Assembly (NCBI GenBank): GCA_963651485.1
Contig: CAVJPT010000002.1
Span: forward strand, 138,154 to 202,153
Reading direction: 5' to 3'
DNA: 64,000 nucleotides
Origin: Alloprevotella sp.
GTDB lineage: Bacteria; Bacteroidota; Bacteroidia; Bacteroidales; Bacteroidaceae
Part shown: one piece after another, positions 31,108 through 40,677 of the stretch
Numbering within the stretch: the stretch's first letter is position 1
Layout: each line of letters opens with the position of its first letter
Notes under the pieces: model-generated
The model's database searches: none
What the model was told of the DNA's origin: nothing
Seen by the model: only the letters and a program-made list of their open reading frames with translations
Translations under genes and position numbers: made by a program

Positions 31108-31168
31108 GTGCAACCCGCCCTTAAACAGCGGATAGTGCGCTGCATTGCGTGCCAGTGCCCCCTTTTTG

Positions 31169-32338
31169 TCAGCGTACGAGCATGCGCGAGGTTCGCAAGT
31201 GCCAGTAGACGACGGCGGGCAGGCCTATCACCGCACCCGCTATGCCTATGTAAGAAATGGCTGCGTACGTGCAGACAACGCCGCCGATGAGCGTGCCGCT
31301 TCCTATGCCGAGATTGAAGATGCCGGAGTAGACGGACATGGATACGGCAGTCCCCTCCGGCGGCGTGCAGGCGATTATTTGCGACTGAAGCGCCACGTTG
31401 AAGGCCGTGGCGGCCGCGCCCCATACCGCGCAAGCCGCGATCTCGGCGGGCATACTTCCGGAAAGGGGCAGCAGGGCGAGCAGGCAGAGACACAGGGAGA
31501 GTGTGCAGAGCGTGACAAACAGTCCCGGCGCTTTGGCGTAGAACTTGGAGAAGAGCGCGCTGCCTATCAAGCCTGCGGCACCGAATACCATAAGCGTAGC
31601 GGTGACGAGGCTGTCGGCGAAGCCAGCCGTCTGTTTGAGGAATGGCTCGATGTAGCTGTAGCCCGTAAAGTAGGCTGTGGCGATGAGCAGCGTGAAGAGG
31701 TAGATGCGCAGCAAAAGCGGGTCGAACACCATGGAGGGCAGCTTTTTCAGGGCGAAGCCGCCGCGGCTGGGGACGGACGGGAGCGTGTGGCGCAGGTAGA
31801 GGAAAGTGAGCAGCGACACGCCGCCGATGCTCATAAAGGTGGCGCGCCAGCCTATGTGCAGGCCTATCACGCGCCCGAGCGGCATCCCGAATATCATCGC
31901 TATGGCCGAGCCCGTGACTATTACGCTCAGCGCGAGTGCCTTGTTGCGCGGCGGCACGATGCGCACGCCCAGCGGCGAAACGATGGACCAGAAGATGGAG
32001 TGCGTGCAGGCCACGCCGATGCGGGCAAACATCAGGGCGTAGTAGCCCGGCGACAGGGCGGAGCAGACTTGAAAAAAGGCAAAGAGGAAGACAACCCAGA
32101 GCAGCAGTTTGCGGAGATTCATCTTCGAGCATGCCAGCATGAGCGGCAGGGAAAGCAGCGCCACCATCCAGGCATATACGGAGATGAGCATTCCGGCTTT
32201 TGCCTCGGTGACGCGGAAGTCTGCCGCGATGTCGGTGAGCAGCCCGATGGGGATAAACTCCGAAGTGTTGAAAACGAAAGCCGAGCAGGCCAGGCCGGCG
32301 AGCGCGAGCCAGCCTTTCAGGGATAGCTTGCCATCCAT
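31169..32338 (-). CDS. MFS transporter (SotB/sugar-efflux-like)
   Basis: FNTSEFIPIGLL, GWRATF, about 12 TM segments. Confidence 0.88.
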   Translation of the reverse strand: MDGKLSLKGWLALAGLACSAFVFNTSEFIPIGLLTDIAADFRVTEAKAGMLISVYAWMVALLSLPLMLACSKMNLRKLLLWVVFLFAFFQVCSALSPGYYALMFARIGVACTHSIFWSIVSPLGVRIVPPRNKALALSVIVTGSAIAMIFGMPLGRVIGLHIGWRATFMSIGGVSLLTFLYLRHTLPSVPSRGGFALKKLPSMVFDPLLLRIYLFTLLIATAYFTGYSYIEPFLKQTAGFADSLVTATLMVFGAAGLIGSALFSKFYAKAPGLFVTLCTLSLCLCLLALLPLSGSMPAEIAACAVWGAAATAFNVALQSQIIACTPPEGTAVSMSVYSGIFNLGIGSGTLIGGVVCTYAAISYIGIAGAVIGLPAVVYWHLRTSRMLVR

Positions 32339-32438
32339 GGGAAAAGCGAAATGGGTTGTTGGGTTAAGTCTGTTTGTCGCCGCCCCGTAGGGCGTGCAGT
32401 GCTTGCCTTTGCGTCTGCAAAAGGCGTCAAAGCGTCTG

Positions 32439-32446
32439 CAAAATTA
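32439..32446 (-). promoter_or_regulatory. -7 element (TAATTTTG) for the MFS gene
   Basis: Matches TAnnTTTG about 100 nt upstream of the start. Confidence 0.55.
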
Positions 32447-32630
32447 CAACAACGCGGCCATTATGCAGAACGGGAAAGCGGGTCACTTCGGGTATGTGCT
32501 TTCACTTGTGTCTCGTTCTCGCATTTTCCCATGCGTCCAAGCCCTCATACACCTTGTCCCGAGGGCGCGGAAAACCCCGAAAAATGGTCGCATTTCTTAT
32601 CCTCGAACATGCAAAAATGGTTAACGCCCG

Positions 32631-32822
32631 TTTGGAAAGCGGAGAAAAATGTATTATCTTTGTGTATGGAAAAGCGGGGATACGCAACGGTTGCGCATCC
32701 CCGCTTTCGTGTTGTTGAATATCAGCCACTTACGGAGTCGGAAAGTGTACATCCCCGCGCTCCGGGGTGTACATCCGGGAGCTACAGCCCCTATTCCCGT
32801 CGCTCCGGGGCCTATCCCTGCC
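32631..32822 (+). repeat. Dispersed intergenic element, copy B
   Basis: TTTG 32631, TATCTTTG 32655, palindrome 32671-32707, TATCAGCCACTTA 32720-32732, TGTACA hairpin 32746-32773, then 21-bp repeats. Confidence 0.9.
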
Positions 32823-32935
32823 GGAAAAAGGTGCTTTGCAGTGCGTCGGGAGTCTTTTTTGCGTTGGGCGAGGACGGGAGGTGCCGTTAATCTTTCCTAA
32901 AAATTTTATGCGGGGATTTTTCCCGGCGGGGCGGC

Positions 32936-34300
32936 TCACTGTTTGTCCCAAGCCAGATGGAACTCCGTTACTGCCTCGATGCCCTTGCGGAGCATGTCGA
33001 GCGGGAAGTTCTCATTGGGGGAGTGGATGGCGTTGCTTTCCAGGCCGAAGCCCATAAGCACGGTCTTTACCCCGAGCACGCGTTCAAAGTCGCTTATGAT
33101 GGGGATGCTGCCGCCGCGCCTTACTGCAAGCGGGCGTTTGCCGAAGGCTTTCTCAAAGCCCATTTCGGCGGCGCGGTACGCAGGCAGCGTGATGGGGCAG
33201 ACATAGCCCTCGCCGCCGTGCATCGGCGTGACTTTGACGCGCACGCAGCGCGGCGCGATGCTTTGCACGTACTCGCAGAAGAGGGCGGAGATTTGCTCGT
33301 GCTTTTGGTGGGGTACAAGGCGGGCGGAAACTTTGGCAAAAGCCTTTGACGGGAGTACGGTCTTGGAGCCTTCGCCCGTATGGCCGCCCCAAATGCCGCA
33401 CACGTCAAAGGACGGGCGGCAGGCGTTGCGCTCTATGGTGGAGTATCCCTTTTCGCCGCGCAGCTCGTCCACGCCGATGGCGGCCTTGTACTTTTCCTCG
33501 TCAAAGGGGATGGAGGCTATCATATCGCGCTCGGCGGCGGGCAGCTCTTCCACGTCGTCGTAGAAGTGGGGGATGGTGATGCGCCCGTCTTCGTCCGTCA
33601 TCTTGGCGAGCATCTCGCAAAGCACGTTTATGGGGTTTGCTACCGCTCCGCCGAAGTGCCCGGAGTGGAGGTCGCGGCAAGGCCCGGTCACTTCTATCTC
33701 CCAGTAGGCAAGGCCGCGCAGCCCCGTCGTGAGGGAGGGGAGGTCGGCAGAAAGCATGGAGGTGTCGCTCACCAGTATGACGTCGGAGCGTAGCAGCTCG
33801 CGGTGCTTTTCAAGGAATGCGCCGAGCGAGGGAGAGCCAATTTCTTCCTCGCCTTCGAGAATGAACTTTACGTTGTGGCGCAGCAAACCGCCGCGCACGA
33901 GGTACTCAAAGGCTTTGAGCTGCACGAAGCTCTGTCCCTTGTCGTCGTCTGCCCCGCGGGCGTAGATGCGCCCGTCGCGCACCTGCGGCTCGAAGGGCGG
34001 GGTGTCCCAAAGCGAGTCGGGGCTTGTGGGCATCACGTCGTAGTGCCCGTACACCAGCACCGTACGTTCTGCGCCCGGCACGCGCTTTTCTGCGTATACA
34101 AGCGGATTGCCCGCAGAGGGCATCACCTCGGCGGTGTCTGCGCCCGCCGCAAGCAGCAGCTCGCGCCAGCGTTCGGCGCAACGCTCCATATCGGTGCGGC
34201 GTGCGGGCTCGGCGCTTATGCTCGGGATGCGTATGAGGCTGAAAAGTTCGTCAAGGAAACGCGGCTCGTTTTCGCTTATATAAGTGCGTATGTCTGTCAT
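32936..34300 (-). CDS. M20-family dipeptidase
   Basis: YGHYDV, RGADDDKG, EGEEEIGS, HSPNE. Confidence 0.92.
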   Translation of the reverse strand: MTDIRTYISENEPRFLDELFSLIRIPSISAEPARRTDMERCAERWRELLLAAGADTAEVMPSAGNPLVYAEKRVPGAERTVLVYGHYDVMPTSPDSLWDTPPFEPQVRDGRIYARGADDDKGQSFVQLKAFEYLVRGGLLRHNVKFILEGEEEIGSPSLGAFLEKHRELLRSDVILVSDTSMLSADLPSLTTGLRGLAYWEIEVTGPCRDLHSGHFGGAVANPINVLCEMLAKMTDEDGRITIPHFYDDVEELPAAERDMIASIPFDEEKYKAAIGVDELRGEKGYSTIERNACRPSFDVCGIWGGHTGEGSKTVLPSKAFAKVSARLVPHQKHEQISALFCEYVQSIAPRCVRVKVTPMHGGEGYVCPITLPAYRAAEMGFEKAFGKRPLAVRRGGSIPIISDFERVLGVKTVLMGFGLESNAIHSPNENFPLDMLRKGIEAVTEFHLAWDKQ

Positions 34301-34325
34301 GGTAGAAACGTGTTGGGGGTTAGTG

Positions 34326-34739
34326 TCAGTCTTCGTGCTTCCACTCTACGGTAAGCGTGTTGTCCGCCACTTGCCGTCCGGCTATCATCACCGAGAAGCT
34401 TGCGGAGAAACGCCCGCCGGCGGGGGAAAGGGTGAAGTCGGTCTTGTGTGTGTAGATGCTCAGGTCTATGTCGCCCGCCCGCTCCGTATGGTAAGGGCAG
34501 GGGAGCATACGGCCCTGCACGAAAGTCATGCGCGAGGTGGTGTCGCCCCTGCGCTTCAGGTCGGCGAGCGTGTCTGTCAGCAGCAGGGTCGCCGTGCCTT
34601 TGTTCTCTTTCTCGGCGTAGCGCAGCATCACGCCGTTTTCCTCAATGAGGCAGCCGCCTGTGCTTTCCGTGCGGATTACGTCCTCGCCGTTTTCCGTGAC
34701 GGACACAAGCACCGTCTGTATTGTAGCTCGTTTCAGCAT
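34326..34739 (-). CDS. DUF1934 (YwiB-like) small beta-barrel protein
   Basis: 137 aa; pattern LRYAE...LKRRG...MTF..G...PYHT..G.I.L.I.T recalls DUF1934. Confidence 0.65.
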   Translation of the reverse strand: MLKRATIQTVLVSVTENGEDVIRTESTGGCLIEENGVMLRYAEKENKGTATLLLTDTLADLKRRGDTTSRMTFVQGRMLPCPYHTERAGDIDLSIYTHKTDFTLSPAGGRFSASFSVMIAGRQVADNTLTVEWKHED

Positions 34740-34775
34740 AGTGGAGAAATGAAAATGCCTTTATGTACGGCGGCT

Positions 34776-36695
34776 CTAACGCAGTACCTTTTCCGCGCGA
34801 GCCGCTCCGTGCCGCTTGACGGACACGCCGTGCCGCGCGGGCGCGGTGACCCGTCTGCCGGAGATGTCGTACCAGACGGTATCTTCTTGCGTGCCGTTTT
34901 GCCCGGACAAGGGGAGCGCGCCGATGCCGTCCGTGTCGGGCACGGTGAAGTGCAGCGTTTGCACGACGGGCCATATTTTCCGCACGCGCAGCACGTAGCT
35001 CTTGCCGGGGGTGAGTCCCGGGAAGGTCGCCTCGTCCGTCACGCTGCCTCCGGCGGGCATATATATATAATGCGTGTAAGTGTCCCCGGTCTCGCTGTCT
35101 TCGTCCGCCACGTCGTAGACAAAGCGTTCGGCGGCGCGTTCGGCGGACGAGGGGTTGGAAAGTCGCACCCGCACGGTGGCGGTAGTGTTGTCGGCAAACG
35201 TGACCTCCGGCGTGTCTACCGTAATGCTTTGGCTGCTGCCCGCAGCTACGTCAATGGTTTCGCTCCAGATAGTCCCCTCGCCGTCGGGCGTTATGCTCAG
35301 CTTCACTTTCCCCGATGCCGTCAGACGCGCGTGCAGGGACACCTCCGCGCTTTCGCCGGCAGCGAGCGTGCAGCCGGTCATGGCGAGCCATTGCGCCTGC
35401 TCAAACAGAGCGGTGTCGGCGGGCTGGTTTTGCAGAAGCGCGAAAGGCGTGGTAAGGGCTTGGGGCGTGGTGTTGCGCAGTCTCACCCTCAACTCCGTGA
35501 GTCGCCCGGTCATGGGCTGAACGGGGAAGGTGACGCTCTCCACCGCAATTTCTTTTCCCGTCCGCGCGAGTGTGTCGGGAAGGGTTTCGTCTACCTCGTC
35601 GGGGCAAAGGACGATGGCTTCCTGGTTGCAGAAGTAGCCGGATGTGACATAGTTGTCGCGGTCGGCGGCCGGCTGGCTGGGGCAAAGCACGTCAAGGCGG
35701 AAGTAGCCGTCGTATTCTCCGCCGCCACCCCAATTGACATGGAAGAAGCCGTCTCCGTCCAAGCCGTCAATGACAAAGGCGTGCCCGTTTGTCTCCATAA
35801 CCGCTCCGGCAAAGTATACCGGGCGGTGCGCGGCGATTTCGGACGCAATGATGTCCCAGTAGTCTGCCGGGGCGTATTTGTAGCTGTCCAGATAGTGCAC
35901 ATACTTGTATCCGAAGACGCGCTGCAGCGGACCGACAAGGCGCACGCTGTTGGCGCCGCTTGAGGACTCTCCCCAGTTCATCCGTGCCGCCATGCCGAGA
36001 TAGTAGGACAGGCGGCCTACGGCGTCGGCCTCATCCTCTGTGTATGCCTCCGTGTCGTAGTTGTCGAGTATCAGGCGCGTGTCCACGGTCTCGCCGGGCA
36101 GCACGTCGTCAATCTTGTAGTGTGCCGTTTCCCATCCGTGCAGCGTGTCGAGCAAGGTGACTTGCCGGCGGTAGTAGGCGATTATCTGCTCCATGGCTGT
36201 GGCCACGCAACCCACGACGCAGCGTTCTTCGCTGACCGTTCCGTCGTCGCGTGTGTAGTAGGGGCATTGGCTGTTGTAGGGTTCTTCCTGATGGTGTGCC
36301 GTCGTGAGCAGCTGGGGGACAGCTTCCCATTTCGTCACGCCGGAGGGCGGGTAGGCTGAGGCTTTTGACGAAAGCAGGGCTTGCAGAGCCAAGGGCATCT
36401 TCCCACGGCGAGCCGTAGTGCCGTAGCCCAGTACGGGCGCGTCGCTGCCGTCCTTGGATACAAGCGCAAAACGCCCGTCTGCCGCGCTCAGCAGGTATCC
36501 TCGCGGCACATTGCGCAGCGTGAGCGCGGACGGGGAAACGGCGGAGCCGACGGAAAGTATGCTGTTTTCTCCCATACGCGCTATCACGGCGGCGGCGGTG
36601 CGCCTTGCCTCTTCTTCCGTCGTGGAGCGGGCGGAGAGTGAAAGGGCGTAAACCAGCAAGAGCGGTAGGGAAAGCAGGAGTCTGAGCTTTTTCAT
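34776..36695 (-). CDS. C10-family cysteine peptidase (streptopain/interpain-like) with probable T9SS C-terminal domain
   Basis: Signal peptide, prodomain (PVLGY), Q..PYN, GCVATA, GHAFVIDG, HVNWG; C-terminal WYDISGRRV. Confidence 0.9.
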   Translation of the reverse strand: MKKLRLLLSLPLLLVYALSLSARSTTEEEARRTAAAVIARMGENSILSVGSAVSPSALTLRNVPRGYLLSAADGRFALVSKDGSDAPVLGYGTTARRGKMPLALQALLSSKASAYPPSGVTKWEAVPQLLTTAHHQEEPYNSQCPYYTRDDGTVSEERCVVGCVATAMEQIIAYYRRQVTLLDTLHGWETAHYKIDDVLPGETVDTRLILDNYDTEAYTEDEADAVGRLSYYLGMAARMNWGESSSGANSVRLVGPLQRVFGYKYVHYLDSYKYAPADYWDIIASEIAAHRPVYFAGAVMETNGHAFVIDGLDGDGFFHVNWGGGGEYDGYFRLDVLCPSQPAADRDNYVTSGYFCNQEAIVLCPDEVDETLPDTLARTGKEIAVESVTFPVQPMTGRLTELRVRLRNTTPQALTTPFALLQNQPADTALFEQAQWLAMTGCTLAAGESAEVSLHARLTASGKVKLSITPDGEGTIWSETIDVAAGSSQSITVDTPEVTFADNTTATVRVRLSNPSSAERAAERFVYDVADEDSETGDTYTHYIYMPAGGSVTDEATFPGLTPGKSYVLRVRKIWPVVQTLHFTVPDTDGIGALPLSGQNGTQEDTVWYDISGRRVTAPARHGVSVKRHGAARAEKVLR

Positions 36696-36716
36696 GGGCG
36701 GTGGATGCTTGGGCGG

Positions 36717-37193
36717 TTATTGCTGTCCCGCAGATATGTTGAACTGTTTGCCGTCTCGTCCGTCCTCAAAGCCTTTGGCGTACCCTTCTTGGTAGCCGCG
36801 GGCGTAGGTGGAGCGGTCTGAAGAGGAGGAAAACGTGCTGCTGTCGTCGTATCCGGCGTCTTTCGTGTCTGCCGCGCCGTCGTCGCATCCCGTGGCATAT
36901 CCGTCTTCGTACCCGGCCTCATAGGGACCGCGCTTGTCGCGGCCGAGGATGGAGTCGGGCAGGGCTGACACCGCTACGGTGTCTGGGGCGAGCGGCAGGG
37001 AGGAAGTGTCTGCGGTGGTGTCGGGGATGGCAACTTGAGTCTCTTTGTTTGCATTATTAGTGTCGGCAGTCTTTTCCGCCGTAGTCTGGGTAGTGGTTTT
37101 CAGGAAAACTATTCCGGCGGTCAGCAGTCCGCCTATTATGATGACAAGTGCTATGCGCTGGCGGTTGTTTTGTTCTTTCTTGTTGTAGTTCAT
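36717..37193 (-). CDS. Hypothetical single-TM protein with GYxxG repeats
   Basis: Basic N-terminus, one TM segment, Thr/Ala-rich linker, YEAGYEDGY and YARGYQEGY blocks. Confidence 0.7.
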   Translation of the reverse strand: MNYNKKEQNNRQRIALVIIIGGLLTAGIVFLKTTTQTTAEKTADTNNANKETQVAIPDTTADTSSLPLAPDTVAVSALPDSILGRDKRGPYEAGYEDGYATGCDDGAADTKDAGYDDSSTFSSSSDRSTYARGYQEGYAKGFEDGRDGKQFNISAGQQ

Positions 37194-37284
37194 ACGTCGG
37201 TGTGAATACTTTCTCTTAGTGTTTTTGAATAGTGTGTATAGTTTTTGGCAATGTCGCGGCATTGCCGGCGGGCGGGTTCTGCGG

Positions 37285-38751
37285 TTAGTTGACCGTGCGC
37301 CTTAGCTTGCGCCCCGCGTCCATTCTCAGGAATATGAAAAGAAGCAGCGTGAAGCCCCAAAGCGAGGAGCCGCCGTAGCTGAAAAACGGCAGCGGTATGC
37401 CTATCACCGGGGTAAGCCCCATAACCATGCCTATATTGATGAACACATGGAAGAGCAGGATGCTCACGACGCAGTATCCGTAGACGCGGGCAAAGGCGGA
37501 CGCTTGCTTTTCGGCAAGGTGTATGAGGCGCAGTATCAGCGCGAGGAAAAGCAGCAGCACGCCGGCTGAGCCGAGGAAGCCCTGCTCTTCGCCTACGGTG
37601 CAGAAGATGAAGTCGGTGTCCTGCTCGGGCACGTATTTCAGCTTTGTCTGTGTGCCGTTCATAAAGCCCTTTCCCTCCAGTCCGCCGGAGCCGATTGCTA
37701 TCTTGCTTTGGTTGACGTTGTAGCCCGCGTCGCGGTTGTCTTCGTTCATTCCGAGCAGCACCTGTATGCGCACGCGCTGGTGCTGCTCGAGTATGTTGTC
37801 GAGCGTATAGTCGGAGGTGTAGAGAAAGGCCATACTGCCGAGGGTGAAGAGCGCGATGAGTATGCCGCGGTTGGTATGAAGCTCAAGCGACTCCCATACA
37901 AGGTAGCAGGCAAGCAGCACGCACAGTCCGACGAAAGCCCAGGTTATGTCGAAGGGGACAATGAAAGCGGAGACGAGGTGCGTAACCAGAAGCACCCCCG
38001 CGCCGGCCGGCAGGAAATAGCGGAAAACCCGCGTGCGGGGGACGTAGACCCGGGTCATGCCCATAGTGAAGAGCCATATCATCACAAGCACCGCGTACTC
38101 TCCCACAGAGGACAGCGTGCCGGGAAGCGGGGTCTCGCCGTAGCGTATGCCTACGACGAAATACACAATGGCGGCCACGGCGATGAAGAGGATGCTTCCC
38201 GGCATGCCCTCGCGGTAGAACATCAGGAAAAACGCGCAGTAGACGAGCGCGGAGCCCGTCTCCCGCTGCATTACGATTAGCACCATCGGCAGCAGGATGA
38301 GCGCAGCGGCTTTGAAAAGGTTGCGCGTGTCGCTCAGGGTGAAGCCGTACTGGTTTATAAGCTTTGCCACAGCGAGCGCAGTGGCGCATTTCGCAAACTC
38401 GGCCGGCTGCACGTTGCATATCCCTATGTTTATCCACGAGCGCGACCCTTTGATGTCGTGCGCCACGAATGGCGTGACAAACAGAACCGCCATCATGCCC
38501 CAGTAAAGCAGTCCCGCGAGGGTGTCGAAGTATCGGTCGTCAAGCATCAAGAGCACAAAGGCGAGCGAAACGCCGCAGCCTATCCACACAAGCTGTTTGC
38601 CGGTACGCGTGCCCCAGTCGAGGAAGTTGGTGTCGCCGAGCTCGTGCGTCGCGCCGCAGATGCTCAGCCAGCCGCATACCATCAGCACGAGGTAGAGCGC
38701 AACCACTACCCAGTCAACGGTATAAAGGGGAGAACGCAGGTCCTTTTGCAT
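37285..38751 (-). CDS. rodA: Rod shape-determining protein RodA
   Basis: QPAEFAK, SKIAIGSGG, PEQDTDFIF, LPFFSYGGSS. Confidence 0.95.
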   Translation of the reverse strand: MQKDLRSPLYTVDWVVVALYLVLMVCGWLSICGATHELGDTNFLDWGTRTGKQLVWIGCGVSLAFVLLMLDDRYFDTLAGLLYWGMMAVLFVTPFVAHDIKGSRSWINIGICNVQPAEFAKCATALAVAKLINQYGFTLSDTRNLFKAAALILLPMVLIVMQRETGSALVYCAFFLMFYREGMPGSILFIAVAAIVYFVVGIRYGETPLPGTLSSVGEYAVLVMIWLFTMGMTRVYVPRTRVFRYFLPAGAGVLLVTHLVSAFIVPFDITWAFVGLCVLLACYLVWESLELHTNRGILIALFTLGSMAFLYTSDYTLDNILEQHQRVRIQVLLGMNEDNRDAGYNVNQSKIAIGSGGLEGKGFMNGTQTKLKYVPEQDTDFIFCTVGEEQGFLGSAGVLLLFLALILRLIHLAEKQASAFARVYGYCVVSILLFHVFINIGMVMGLTPVIGIPLPFFSYGGSSLWGFTLLLFIFLRMDAGRKLRRTVN

Positions 38752-38794
38752 AGCTTCTGTCTCTGTTCGGTGATGTGCGGTGTCCGGCCCGCGC

Positions 38795-40648
38795 TTAGCG
38801 CACGTAGTCGCCGTACTTGATGTGCATATTCTGGAAATGTTGCGCCTTTTTCTCCGAGGCGGGGGAAAGCTTCCCGTTGAGGTACTGCTCCATTATGAGC
38901 GCGCCGATGGGTACGCCGTACACGTTGCCGAAGCCGCCGTTTTCCACGTACACCGCCACGGCGATGCGCGGGTCGTTCATCGGGGCGAAGCCCATAAAGG
39001 CGGAGTGGTCGTGCCCTCGGTTCTGCGCCGTGCCGGTCTTTCCGCAGACCTCGTATCCCGGCAAGTCGGCTCCGCGGCATGTACCGCTGAGTACGGCGCG
39101 TCGCATCCCCGCCACGGCATACTCGTACCAGCGTCGGTCCACGCCCGTATAGCGTTTCTCGTAGTAAACGGGCTCGAGCACGCCGTCCTGTATGGAGTGC
39201 GCCACGTGCGGCGTGATGAAGTACCCGCGGTTGGCGACTGTGGCGGCAAGGTTGCATATCTGCAGGGGCGTGGCGGTGACCTCGCCCTGTCCGATGGCGA
39301 TGGAGATTACGGTGAGTCCGTTCCACGACTTGCGGTATGCCTTGTCGTAGTAGTCGGCGTTGGGAATCATTCCGCGCTTCTCGCCGGGCAGGTCAATGCC
39401 GAGCTTGTATCCGTAGCCCATCTTTACCATATAGTCCTTCCACACCGTCATTGCGTGCTGCACCGAGCCGTACTTGCGCTTGTTGCTTATCATACGGAAG
39501 AGATTCCAGCAGAAGTAGGAGTTGCAAGATGTGCCGATGGCGGGCACGAGGTTGATGGGTGAGGCGTGTCCGTGGCAGCCTACGTGCAGTCCCTTGTAGT
39601 TGAAGCCGTGGTGGCAGGGGAAGGAAATCTGCGGGTCAATGCTACCCTCTTGCAGGCCCGTGAGTGCTTGCGTAATCTTGAACGTGGAGCCCGGCGGGTA
39701 CGTACCCATTATGGCGCGGTTGAGGAGCGGCTTCATGATGTCGCGGCTCAGAGCCTTGTGGTTCTTTCCCCGGTCGCGCCCGGTCATTATGCGCGGGTCG
39801 TAGGTGGGGGCTGAGGCCATGCAGAGTATCTCTCCCGTCTTCGGCTCTATGGCGACTATCGCGCCGAGCTTGCCCTCGAGAAGCCTTTCGGCAAGTTCCT
39901 GCAAGTCGCGGTCAAGGCCGAGCGTGAGGTTTTTGCCGGGTTGGGCGGCGCGGTCGTATTTCCCGTTCTGGTAATGTCCTTGTGTGCGTCCGCGCACGTC
40001 GCGCAGCATGATGCGCATCCCCTTTTCGCCGCGCAGCTGCCGTTCGTAGGAGCGTTCGACGCCGAGTTTGCCGATGTAGTCCCCGCTCCGGTAGTAGCCG
40101 TCGGAGTCGTTGGCGAGCTCGCGCTCGTTTATTTCGCCCACGTCCCCCAGGAGATGGGCGGCAATCTTGCCCGAGTATTGGCGCGTGGAGCGTTTCTCTA
40201 CGCTGAAACCGTTGAAGCGGAACAGCTTTTCCTTGAAGAGCGAGAACTCCTCCGCCGGAATCTGCGACATGAAGAGCTGGGGCGTATAGCGGGAGTAGCC
40301 GGGATTTTTCGCCGGGTCCTTAATCTCCGCCATGCGCTGCTTGTAGTATTCGGGCGTGATGCCTACGGTGCGGCAGAAGTCAAGCGTGTCCACGCCCTGC
40401 TGCTCTTTCATCACCACCATAATGTTGTACGACGGCTCGTTGTACACAAGGATGCGCCCCTTGCGGTCGAGTATCAGTCCGCGAGAGGGGTATTGTATTT
40501 CCTTCCGGAAAGCGTTGGAGTCGGCGTTCTTCTTGTAGTCGTCGCTCCACAGCTGCAAGGTGAAAAGGCGCACGGTATATATCAGCACGATGGCGATGGC
40601 AACGCCGCCGATGACGTACTTGCGCAGTTCGTAGTTGTTGGGTGACAT
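38795..40648 (-). CDS. mrdA: Penicillin-binding protein 2
   Basis: RGLILDR, STFK, SCN, KTG motifs; located in the mre operon. Confidence 0.95.
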   Translation of the reverse strand: MSPNNYELRKYVIGGVAIAIVLIYTVRLFTLQLWSDDYKKNADSNAFRKEIQYPSRGLILDRKGRILVYNEPSYNIMVVMKEQQGVDTLDFCRTVGITPEYYKQRMAEIKDPAKNPGYSRYTPQLFMSQIPAEEFSLFKEKLFRFNGFSVEKRSTRQYSGKIAAHLLGDVGEINERELANDSDGYYRSGDYIGKLGVERSYERQLRGEKGMRIMLRDVRGRTQGHYQNGKYDRAAQPGKNLTLGLDRDLQELAERLLEGKLGAIVAIEPKTGEILCMASAPTYDPRIMTGRDRGKNHKALSRDIMKPLLNRAIMGTYPPGSTFKITQALTGLQEGSIDPQISFPCHHGFNYKGLHVGCHGHASPINLVPAIGTSCNSYFCWNLFRMISNKRKYGSVQHAMTVWKDYMVKMGYGYKLGIDLPGEKRGMIPNADYYDKAYRKSWNGLTVISIAIGQGEVTATPLQICNLAATVANRGYFITPHVAHSIQDGVLEPVYYEKRYTGVDRRWYEYAVAGMRRAVLSGTCRGADLPGYEVCGKTGTAQNRGHDHSAFMGFAPMNDPRIAVAVYVENGGFGNVYGVPIGALIMEQYLNGKLSPASEKKAQHFQNMHIKYGDYVR

Positions 40649-40677
40649 ACTTGAAGCCGTGGGTTGGTGTGTCGGGG

